Positions 50,696 through 61,800 of a stretch of 64,000 bases of DNA are shown here, piece by piece. The notes under the pieces were generated by a model that was not told the origin of the DNA, made no database searches, and saw only the letters and a program-made list of their open reading frames with translations. A program made the position numbers and the translations under genes. This stretch comes from Raillietiella orientalis (lineage: Eukaryota). The stretch covers positions 5,580,001 to 5,644,000 of the forward strand of contig JAYWIR010000004.1 in NCBI GenBank assembly GCA_036172245.1, in the 5' to 3' direction. Positions within the stretch are counted from its first letter, which is position 1; each line of letters starts with the position of its first letter.

Positions 50696-52464
50696 ACAAC
50701 GCTTGGTGCCAGGCGCGGAGACTGCAGCCGCACGCGGACAGGTTTGGTTCTTTCTGATGCAGCCGAGAAAAGAATTCGACGTCGGAGCTCAAAGGCACTC
50801 GCTTCGAGCTCTGCTGGACAGGATATCTAGATCTGTGAGTGAGATCTTGTAGGTAGCGAGGAAGGCCCGACGGGGAGTTCTATTTCGGGATCACTGGGCA
50901 CCTACTCGATTTTGTGTTTCCATCGAACCGGAAGTGTAAAAGAAGAGAAAGAGCTCGAGTGAACAGACCGAGTACAAGCAACGGGCACGACTGAGATGAG
51001 AGGGGGAGGGGGGGATGTGTTTCTCCCGCCTCCCTTCCCATCCCGGTGGACGACCCCAGAGACGTCTCGAAGCCTCTCTTCGAAGCGGGATGTCATGTCG
51101 CGCCCCCGATCGCAGCGCCGTGCTGCGTGCGCAGATTAGTCGCAGCGAGGTGCGAGGCCGAGGGCGGCAGAAACAACAGCCGAGCCCCCCCCCGCGCCCA
51201 TCCGGTTCCTGCGGATAGCCTCCAGGTGATCCCACTTGGGAAGCCATCAAGAGGAGCACGCCGGCATCTTGCAAAGGATGCAGAAGACCCATCTTCTTGA
51301 ACTGTGATCCCTTCTCCTGCGCTCCCCCCCCTTTTTTTTCTTTTTTTTCCAAAACAGCATTCCTCTCCCCCTCCCTCCTCGTTTCCCTTCATGGCTGCTG
51401 TGGACTTAGTCGGAGTCCTCTTGGGTTGAACTGACTCGTCCCACCGACTCTTTTCTGTTTATTTTTTTAACAAATAAACAGAAAAGAGTTAAACGTCCCG
51501 GAGCACCAGGGTGAGAAAGGAAACGAAAAAAAAAAAAAAAATAGTCAGTGAAAGCAGAAATGACGGGGGAGGGGGATCGGGAGGCGATTGCGGAAGTGTT
51601 CTCGTTGTCGGGAGAACTGAGCGAGCAGGACCGCTTCGCCTGGGGAAAGTCATCAGGATCGTCCAGGTGAGGCATCCCTCTCGTTTCAAAGCGATTAATC
51701 GCGTTGACGTCCTTCGGGAAGCTGGGTATACATGAATTTAACCAGCAGCTGGCCATCGGCTTTATGTCGGGAGAAATTCTTACGCTGCGAGCATTTGATC
51801 CGCCGGACGACGCAAATAGCGGTTGTAGGAGCACTGCCGGAGGGCAGTGTCGTTGCACCCTCTGGGATGTTCCTGACTCGGACGGTTCTGTGCGGTTCCG
51901 TTCCATTCTTGCTACTGTCTGAGAGAAATCCTGCACAATAGCGAGACAGAGAGAGGGAAGGGGAAAGGGAGGAGGAGGAAACTCTCCTACTTGTAAGGAA
52001 ATTATGGTACGAAAACGGCGGAACAAACCCCAAAGTCATGCAAACAAGAAAAGTGAATCGATAACTTTACAGTTGCTGCAGTGTCATGTAAATAGGGATG
52101 GCCTTTGTATCTGAGACAATAAATAGGCTGTATTTGCATTTTCATGGAAGGACGGATTATGGTCCTCAAAGGAGGAATCGGTGTGAATGATCACGAATCG
52201 ACTAAAGCAGTCGCAAATGAAAGCATCGTGAGGCGAATGAAAGCAGGATGTCCTTATCGAGCCAGCACGAAGCAATAGGGAAACTACAGGCTCATAGAAA
52301 AGTAGGGCAACCTGAAAGGGTTGGGATTTAAGTCTGCTGATTTCCACAATGGAGCGCTAGAATGCAGCTTATTGGGGCGATCAAATCGTGCTGATCAAAA
52401 TGGCTCGATAAAAAAAAAAAAGGAGAACATCGGGTTCGCTTCATCGCAGAAAGACAAAAAAACA

Positions 52465-52492
52465 ACACACACACACACACACACACACACAC
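52465..52492 (+). repeat. (CA)n microsatellite
   Basis: Direct reading. Confidence 0.9.
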
Positions 52493-53379
52493 GAAATGGC
52501 CAGGCCATTTCCTCTCGGGCGAGTCGTTGCTCGATCTGGCAAGAACAGAAGACGGAGAGCGGCAGAAACCAACGCGCTCACAGCGATGGCTGCCCTCTCT
52601 CGGGGAAATTTTGCTGGTGGTGGTACACGGCTTTTTTCTCTTCCGAGTCGGGACAATGCAGGCGTCCCCCCCTACGCGGGGGTGCGAGAACACGTACCTA
52701 CGAAATATGTCTCCATTGCTTCCCGCACGCAGGCGGACGACCTGCTCGCTCGCTCGTTAGGGCACGGGGACGCGCACCGGTGCGTGCATCACGCGCAACA
52801 AGCGCGCTGTGGAAGCACAGGTGCTCACCGAAAGCGTAACTTTTCGACGCTGTGCTCATTCTTGATTCTTCGGTTTGAGTTCTCTCCCGTTCTCGATCCA
52901 GAAAAGGGGAGCTTCCGGGAAAGCAAAGAGCTTTCCGTCCCGGTTCCTAGAAGACCAGTGCATCTCAGGCTGGATGGCCGTTCTTCACGATTAGAGCAAC
53001 CGGTTCGTAACTTAAAGCACTTCCGAAGGAGTACCTTTCTCTTCTCGATGCCTGGAAAGTGGTGCGCACCTGCGATGGAGATTGTGCTCTCGACAGTTCC
53101 ATAAAGAGTTCGTCGTCTCTTCCGGAGTGATGGTTACGTCAAGTTTCTCTATATTCAGGCTGCTTCTTACGTGCAAGTTTGCTTTACAAGGCATGCAGAG
53201 ATGCGGCACAAGCAAGCTACAGTCATGTCGGAAGGGAAGAGAACAGAGCTCCCTTCGAAAAGCTCAGAAATTTTCGCTCTCCAAATAGAAATTTTGTTGT
53301 TTGCTGATGCCTATCCAGTTCCGTGACTTTGGAAGCTGGCAAGGATCCTGGCCAGCTTCCAACGTCGCGAAACTGGACA

Positions 53380-53660
53380 GGCATCTAAGATGCGGTACCT
53401 TCCGAGGGGAAGGGGAAGCAAAACTTGATGCCAGATGACAACTCTCCTGTGGTCTTTCCATGAACGACGCGGAAGTCGTCTGGCTTCCGTCTTTTCCACA
53501 GAACCATTTTTCAGCTGTTTGGCCGCAACGTTCCGTTCCTGGGAACCTTCCAATGAGTTTTTATCGAATCCGAGCAAGGATAATTCACAGTACCACCGCT
53601 GACTGCTTCTGCGAGATGGGGAATTTGTGATAGACACGAGAGCAATGCACTGTACAATCA
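53380..53660 (-). mobile_element. Decayed C-terminal end of an RTE-clade LINE ORF
   Basis: Minus ORF reads LKNGSVEKTEARRLPRRSWKDH, matching the RTE terminal motif G.VEG.R.RGRPR..W.D. Confidence 0.55.
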
Positions 53661-56611
53661 TAGAGAGCTACAAAGAAAGAATTCAGACGTAACTGTTGGC
53701 ATTCTGTGCTCTTTCCGTTGGATCAACAAGAATGTGATGAACAGGACCACAATGGAAAATCAATGGAAACTTCGGTCACGTCGAGGCTTTTCCTCTTGAG
53801 GAATCATCGAAAACGCTTCGACACATGAGGTACGGATGGTTAGCACCTACTGTGTTAGATTTTTGTCTCTTTAGAGTTCAAATTGACAAGACAGTGCCGC
53901 GTGTCCAAGCGCCCGAAACAGGAGCAACGCGACCTCGTCCTGAACGTAATGCAGCCGGGGAAGATGACAGGTTTTCGGAATGGCAGGAAAGCAGTTCATG
54001 CCCCCAGAGATCGAATCCCGGAAAATACGGATTTTCAGATAACAGTGGAAGGTTATTGAAAAATGGAAGGGTGCTTGAGGAGCTATGGAAGAGGCAAGAA
54101 TGAGAACAACGAGAAGTGCTCGAGAATTTTCCCAGCGCCATGAGTTTCCATCGAAAGATGAGGCATCTCAATTTTCCCAGAGGATGATTTCGCGAGTGCC
54201 ATATCACAAGCCCATCATTTCTGCGAGGTGCAATGAAGATGCTGCTGAATTCAAGGATGCGATTATTGAGCTCTGGGAAAAGGAAAGCACGAATGGTAAC
54301 ATGGAAACGATAGTTTCAGTAAAGAAGGAAGGCCTTAATGGTGGATGGATTCAAATGAGGCTAACCTCGGGAGCAGAAGATAAGGAGGGAAGCTCATGAC
54401 ACCGTTTCCAAAAATTCGAACCTCAGAGTGCACAGTTAGCCAAGAGAGAGGATGCAAACGCGATGGAAAAGATGGGTTGCTGCGTGGTGAATTCTCTTTT
54501 ACTTTCGAAAGTCTAGTGATTCTTGACTGGTTCCAATGCGCACGAGCCGGATTATGATACCAAGGTTTTTTTTACCATTTCTCAATCGAATCCATTCATA
54601 CAAAAGAAGTCTTGAGGAACTCGGTGGCTGCTGCGAGCTGAGGTCACCCGAGATGTATGATCAGGTAAAATATTCTTGCAGAAGGAGAAAAAAGTAATGT
54701 CTTAAGTGGAATAGGATGTGTTTTCTTTGCTTCTGCTGCCGCCGCAGCAAAGCCGTGCCGAATCGAAAAATAGCACATTCATGTGAGTAGATCAGGTGTG
54801 TGTCGTGATTTCTCAATCTTGGATCCTATCGAAAGTTTTTCTGAAACCCTGCCCTTTTGTGTCAACAGCCATTCCAGCAGCAGAGGTCGTTCTTTGCACG
54901 TTTTCCTTAGTGGAAAGGCCTTGCTCAACTTGTCTTCGATGGTAGTGGAGGCATCAGCGCGAAATGCTCATTACTGAGACTTTTTCCCAAAGGTGTTTGG
55001 CCACACCATACTCTCATTTGCTAAATAAATATTCCCATTTCTCATCACATCAAGTATTCAGGAAAGAGGAAACCAAGATCTTCGGAAAGGCTCTCAGGAT
55101 GAAAAGAGGTCGATCTTCACAGGAAAGACTGGATTGGAACAGTATGGGATCCCCGTTCCTAACGCGCGTACTAGTGAATTGTGATTTCACCATTCTATCC
55201 TTTTCCGCGATATTCTTTCGCAGTTGCTGTTGTGATTTTGCTATTCAAAAGTCAGAAACACAAGAGGGGATGCACAGAGCAGTTTCATAGAATCTTTATA
55301 AATTGAGTGCGCTCGTGATCATTCCCGATCTACGCAGAGCAGTGGTGAGAACCATTCAAAATAGCTCCCTCAAAGTCTCTCCTTCCTGATTTCACAGTGC
55401 CTCAATGCCTAGGGATTATCCGCGCAACTTTTCCTCAAATGTACCGGTAGTTTTCCAGGGGACTGGTCATCGAGGTTCTCTTAAGATCCGCGCAAAAAAA
55501 TTCATCCAAGTGTACCGCAGATGCACAGGAAGCAGAACAATTATCGGGAAAGTCACCTCCATCGCTGTAAAAGCAAAAACATGGCTGCTCTATTTTACTG
55601 CAAGGGAAAAGCTTTAGCAGACTGTGCTCTGGATTTGGCTCGCTGTTGGCTCTGAGATGATTAAGGAATCATCTCAGAACACTGAGATCAGCATTTATTC
55701 TTCTATGAATCATCAGAGCCAAATTAAGACTGTCCAAGGTCTTTGCTCAGAGCAGCAAAATCTGAAAATACTTGATCGAATAATGATGTTTTGCCATCAG
55801 TTTGATCGCATCAGGTTTAGAGCAAAAAACAACGGCACCCCACAATTCATTCGGCGAGCTCTTTTATTTATTTATTGATGGATTTTTTTTTCTTGAAAAA
55901 ATTCAATTTTTATCAGTTTATGGTGCCCTCACTCAGGATCTTTCTCATGTCAGGGGAGTTGACTGAATAGTTGCCGGCCTCCACACGAACGGCAAACCCA
56001 AGTCCTGGATGCGAAGGTTATTCAAGCAGCCTCTTGTTTCTTCAAGGATTCATCAACCTTAGTCCGTGTTGAAGTCGGACAGGGACGCTCTTCTGGACTA
56101 GAAGACCAGTGTTCTAGTCCTGAAAATTACCGGCCATCAAACATCAGACAACAATCCATTCTTTGAAGTCAGGTGAGGTCAGGTGACTGAGCGAAGGAGG
56201 GGATGGCTAAGCTCAAGTCGCTCTGTTCGAAGCTGCGCAAGACAAGCTGTTTCGCATCCTTTGCCGGCATCCCTGAAAATTCTGACGCTCCAGGCAGATG
56301 GGGCAGTGTCCCATCCAGGATTCCACTTCTCCACAAGGAGAGCTTGCATTCCCGAATTGTGGGCCTCCGGGCTTGGAAGAAACGGATGAGGTCTCGTATC
56401 TCTTGAAGAGGAACAATTGACCCAGAGTAAGTACTGCTGCGTGAGGAACGCGGAAAAGCAGGGAGGGAGGGAAAAGAAAAAATGGAGCAGTGTACGGACA
56501 CCCTTCCCGAGTCCACAGTCTCCTTCCTGCCGTCAGCGGCTTGGTCTTCCGAGTTGCGCTCCTGAGCTCGTTTCGCTACCCTGGCATTTGGCTTCCGGTC
56601 TATGACCGTGG

Positions 56612-56656
56612 TCGAGGTTGATGACGTGAACATCGAGGTTGATGACGTGAACATCG
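56612..56656. repeat. Exact 21-bp tandem duplication
   Basis: tcgaggttgatgacgtgaaca twice (56612-56632, 56633-56653) plus tcg. Confidence 0.95.
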
Positions 56657-58659
56657 CTTGGGGGGATGCGTCTACAAGCTCGTGATGCCACGAGCTTGTA
56701 GACGGCGGCACCCTCGTGCCCACGTAGACGGCGCATCCTCATCCAGAGGAGCCGATCTCCTAGAGACGAGCTCCAGATCCTGGTATGCTCGTGCTAGGTA
56801 CGTCATGAACTAGGATTCACCTGACCCTGCGAAGTCCGGAGCGTTTCTTGGAACCTGTAAAGATGCTGGCGGTGCGTTCCGGTTCCCTCAAGTCTGAACC
56901 GGGCAAAGACAAAGGTCGAACATCTTTGCGTCTCAGCGGTTTCTGGAGGCAGAAGCATCCGGTTGGTGCTATGCCCCGCAGCATCTTTCTCCCAGCCGCG
57001 GAATGCGTGAACACCGCACGCTCGCTCTCCGTGAGTCGTCCGATCAGTGCGCGCCCCCATCACCATCTTCCTAGCTGGCTCCCTCGTGGCCATGTGCTTC
57101 AGGAGAGCTCCTCTGGCTGCTGCGTTCCTGCGGCTGACCGGAGCACCGCCCCTCCTCTGATCTTTTCTTGCTGGCTGTGCGTGGCTGCTTGTTCAGGTGC
57201 TGTGGAGTATCCCCCTGCAGGAGAGAGGAGAACCTGAAGAAGCAGCCAAGCACAGCCGGCGAGAAAAGGCCAGAGGAGGAGACGGGAGTCGCGCGTCCTG
57301 TGGAGGCTCTGTCATCCTTCGCGTTGCGCTGGTTCCAGGAGGTCGGCGGCTGCCCACAGTCCACCGTCTTTCTTTCCCCTCGCTCAAGTTCCGTCCAGGT
57401 CGTCATCGAGCTCAGGAATTCTCTGCTTGCCTGCTGCGTGCCGGAATCGGACTTTCTACATCCGCTGTGAGCGCTCTGCACTTGACCCTCTGGAATTCCT
57501 TCCCTCTCTTTAGAAGTGATCCCGTATCGGGTTTCCCCACAGAGGCATTGTTCTAGAAACGCCGCCGCCAATGAGTCACTCGGTGGTGCTAGCAAAGCGA
57601 CGTACACAGAAGCGGAGAGGAGGAGGGAGGGGGGACAAGGAGGAGGAGAGGAGCAAGTCGAGGAATGGAGCAGCACACGTGCGCGCGCACGTGTCCGAAG
57701 TGCGACTTTTGGGTGCTGCTCTACGGAGGGCGCAGCAGCAGCGTCTCGGCCATATCCGACGCTCTCGCAGCGGCACTCGCATTCGCGGGCAGGTCCGAAG
57801 AACGGAAGGGCTGGATTCCTGGAGCTCTTGGTTCTCTCTTCCTACTCCTCGCTCCCCCATGCCCTCGTGAGGAATTCCGCAGTTTCTTCCGATTCATGCC
57901 GAACGATGGCCCACTGTCATCAAGGTGGAGGCGGCGGGAACACGGAAAGGGGAGAATGTCCTGGTGGAGGTGCTGGAAGGAGAGAACATGCAGACCGAGC
58001 AAGGTCGGAGTTCGTAGTCGCCGTGCCTCTGGTCCCCCTCCTGTGGCTCTAGTTTTCTGTCACGCCACGGGCATGCTACTACAAGCACCTTCCCCTCGTT
58101 TATGGAAAGCCGTTGGAGAAATACTGCAACGTTGGAGTGCACAGGGCTTCGAGAGCTACCGGTATCCACGATGGCAGTGCACGTACCCTTACATTTCCAC
58201 ATGGATCTCATTCAGAACCATTTTCCAAGAGATATTTATCAATTCGAAATCGAAGGCCTTTATTCGGTGGTTCCTCGTGAATTCTAGGAATACATTTTAC
58301 CAAATCATATCTGTTATATGAGTAAAGATAATATGAATAAATCATGAGGTACTTCTATAACACATTAAAAGTGGCGCCGCTTTTACGTACATTATTAACT
58401 ACAGTATACCGTGACTCTCTTGATTCCATTTACACCGTATTCACTAATCCTCTTGACCCACCCAATATGATTGCTCAATTGCAATATCGTTAAACCTCTC
58501 ATTAGCGCGAACCTTATCAACACTACCATTACACTTCTACCTTTAACCATTATCCTCACTATCTTAATCACTATTCAACTAATAGTTCACTCACAACTCA
58601 TTGGGCTATTTACTCACAGACCAATAACATCCCGCGTTTTCACGTACACCGGTGGCCTT

Positions 58660-58840
58660 CATTGTCGTCGGATTTGTTCACACGCACGTGAGGCTTTCTC
58701 ATTGTTGCCTCGCCTCACTCACAAGCATCCGTGTCTTCGGCATTGTTGCCTCATCCTATTCACGTGCACCTGCGAATTCCTCCTCATTGTTGCCTCGCCT
58801 TGCACATGAGCCCCATGCCTTCGGCATTGTTGCCTGATCC
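58660..58840. repeat. ~41-bp minisatellite with alternating A/B units (core CATTGTTGCCT)
   Basis: Core at 58660 (degenerate), 58700, 58741, 58785, 58825. Units at 58700/58785 share cattgttgcctcgcct...cttcgg; units at 58741/58825 share cattgttgcct(c/g)atcc. Confidence 0.85.
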
Positions 58841-61800
58841 GCGCGCTCATGTGTACAGTGGCAAAGGAGTACATGAACGCATAGCCACGTAGAAGTGCGG
58901 TGCACTTCAATGGACGTAGCGCAAAAAAACAAAAACAAAGCAAGAAACAAGGAAGGAAGATGCGTAAAGGGATGGAAACAACACTTCTCACAATACCTCG
59001 GAAAGAGAACGATCTCCGGAGAAAGAAAGAAACCTGCATAAGCCGGATGAGAGAACCAGTGTTTGTCAACTGAAAGCTCGTGCACGACAGGGAAGCTCTC
59101 CGTAGCAGAAAAAAAAAGGAAGAAAAAGAAAAGGACTTTCCCCAGCGGGGTGGGGGCATGGGCGGGATCGAGGCACTACGCCGGTCGCGCTCGCGTCAGC
59201 ATGGTGTCCCGCACGTCGAACTTTGACGAAACGCAGACGTGTTGCTTGTTAGCGGAAAAAAGGTCCTCCGGAAGGGAGAGGGGGGGTACGCACGAAAACG
59301 CATCTTGGAGACCCAGGATGTCACCGGCCGATATCCCGTTTCTTCCCGTGCTGGAAAGCCGGCAGCCGAGCCGACTGAATTTTTCATCTTCGTCCCACTG
59401 ACAAGAGAAAGGCTTCCTCCCGGCCGCGGCGGCCGCTTTCTCTGAACCATCAAATCCATATGACAACGGGACATGCGCCCTGCATTATTTACGATCCTGC
59501 GGGAGCGTTCATTCATGTCTTTCCACGGGGATCAGTTGCACGCCGGACTCGCGCGTACAGGGCCGCGGAGGTCGCACATGCTGTGAGCTCTCCTCCTCCT
59601 CCCCCCCCCCCTTTTCGTCGGGGGTTCCTCGCAAGGGAGCCGCGCGGATCCGGCGCGAGGCGAGTTCGGTGCGGCGTCGGCGTCGGCGTCGGCGGCGTCG
59701 GCGGGAGATGCGCGGATGAAACCCACCTGAAGGTCTGCAGACGAAGAAGGTAGGAGGAAACTTCGCCGCCGGGGCGCGCGCTGGAGGGCACTGCACGCTG
59801 CGGTAGCAGTCGGTGCGAGTCGCGTGCCCGCTCTCGGGCTGCTACCCCGGTGGCGGTGGTCGTGGTGGAGGAGGGGTGATGGTTGTGATGTCGCTTTTTC
59901 CTTTTTTGTTGCTTTTTCTTTTTTGGTTATTCTCCCTTCCTTCCCCAGCTTCCCCCCTCCGAAAGCTCCTCACAGCCATCGCCGCCGCCTCTAGGGCTGG
60001 GGGGGGGGGGGGGCGACGGCTGCCTCGAGTGGACGGGGCGGTTTCGTCCAAGTTCGCGACGTGGCCGTTTCCCACCTCTGCTTTGTTGACCGAGGAGCAA
60101 AAAGCAATGGTTCGCGGTCCTTGAGACCCGAACGGTCCGGATCGCATCCTCTTCCTCATGAGAACGATACTACTCCCCATTGCATCTAGAAAGACGAAGG
60201 GAGAGAGGGGAGGGGTAAAAGGGGAGGGGTAAAAGGGGAGGGGAAGACGCGTCCCGGATGCGAAATTTCGTTTTTTACTTTTTTCCTCCCTCATCTCACT
60301 GCGCCGATTGCGAAGCGACAGAGGCGGAGGGAGGGAGGGAAGGGGAGGTGGTCGCTCTCTGCTCATGCGCCGAGAGAAGCGTCCAGAGCTCAGGATTCCT
60401 TTCCTTCCTGCGTTCCGGCAATTTCGCGTCGGCAGTACCCCCGAAAAAGTTTCGGCGATTGGATCCGGCGGATCCTTTCGCTTGTTTTGATGCGATTGAT
60501 GATCCGAGGAGATTTATTGTGTCATTAACTTTCGCGTGGACCAGAATTTCGCAGCCGAGACGAAAATCCCATCTCGTCCTGCTGAAGAAATTAATCGGGA
60601 TCGGAGGGGGGGGGGGAGAAGAGTCCGGGATTTTCCTTCACCGCCGGAGAGCCGCGAAGGGGAACCTCCCTCCTGCACGTCCGCTTTCCGAGCCGGTCCA
60701 CTCCCTCGTCCTCCCTTCGCTTTTGCTGCCTCTCCTTCTCCCCCTCAACCGTCGCTCGTATGCCTGAAGACGACGACAACAACGACGGTGGTGGTGAAGT
60801 GTTTGGCGTTGCCGGCGAAGTGTTGGCACTTCTCCCGCCGGGACCGCGGGGCAGCCCCGTGTGGCATGTCCAGCAAAAAGCGTGCGGCAGAATCGATCCT
60901 CGAGACGAGGGGAAGCTAAGATCGGAGTCCGCGCGCTCGAAAGGGAGGTGGCGGTGGTATCATCTGCTTCCGACCGCGTGGATGGTGGGGCCGTTCCAGT
61001 CCGGCGAGCGATGTTTCCACGCCCCAGCCCGCCGTTGACGGGGACCTGTGGCGGCTCGCATTCGTTCGGAAACTCGCCCCAGGGGTTCGTCCCGCAACGG
61101 TTCGAGTGACTCCTCCCCACACTCTCTTCTTCCTCCCTCCACCCCTTTCGTGCTTTCAATTCCCGAAGCAAGTGAGTCCTCTCTTAGAAGTTCCAGAACC
61201 CCACCGATACATCATATCGCACACATCTCTTTGCATCTTAATCTTCTGGATCCCCAACTCTTCGGTTCAACCTGACCGCTCTCTCATGACCTGGTCGCCG
61301 CTTCTCATTGTTCACGTCTATGGTAGGAGCGAAGGAGGGGGAGAGAGAGGGGGAGAAAGAAAGTAAGATCTAGAGAGACGCGCACAACAAAAATAGCATG
61401 TTGCTGTTTTCAGCCGTTGCTATGGACACCGCCAAGCCCTCGTGCTCTTGCAATCGTTTTTGTCGCTGACGCTGAATGAAAATTTCTCACAGCGCGTTCC
61501 TTACGTTTCGCCCGGACCGCTCTCTTGCGCACGTGTTGCTCCTTGACAGACTGGAACGAATTTCCCGAAACGCTTCTTCGAGCGCCTTTCCCTACCGTCC
61601 AGAGATGGCGCATCAAGGGGCGAAACCGGACATTCCACAGATTCCAGGCGCCGGTAAGAATCGGAGGAATCCTAGGACCAGTCCACGTGCCCCGCTTGTT
61701 CCCTATCCGTCTGTGCGTCTTGAAGAGTTTGCTGCGACACCCTTCCCGGAGCAACCTCTCCTTCCCATTTCCCATGGGGATGGTCAGCAGGATAGAGTCT

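Noticed and set aside
50629..50760. Intact tRNA gene
   Set aside because: Only T-arm/B-box motifs are present; no acceptor, D or anticodon stems and no oligo-T terminator.
56752..56798. miR-993-like sequence on the minus strand (ggagctcgtctcta)
   Set aside because: The seed differs, the 3' half diverges and the stem is only ~15 bp. Kept only as part of the hairpin cluster.
58430..58620. Mitochondrial insertion (G-poor strand, hydrophobic ORF)
   Set aside because: No recognisable mitochondrial protein, rRNA or tRNA motif; composition alone is insufficient.
58660..58840. CRISPR array
   Set aside because: Eukaryotic context, no cas genes, core only 11-16 nt, and the spacers are related to each other in A/B alternation; it is a minisatellite.
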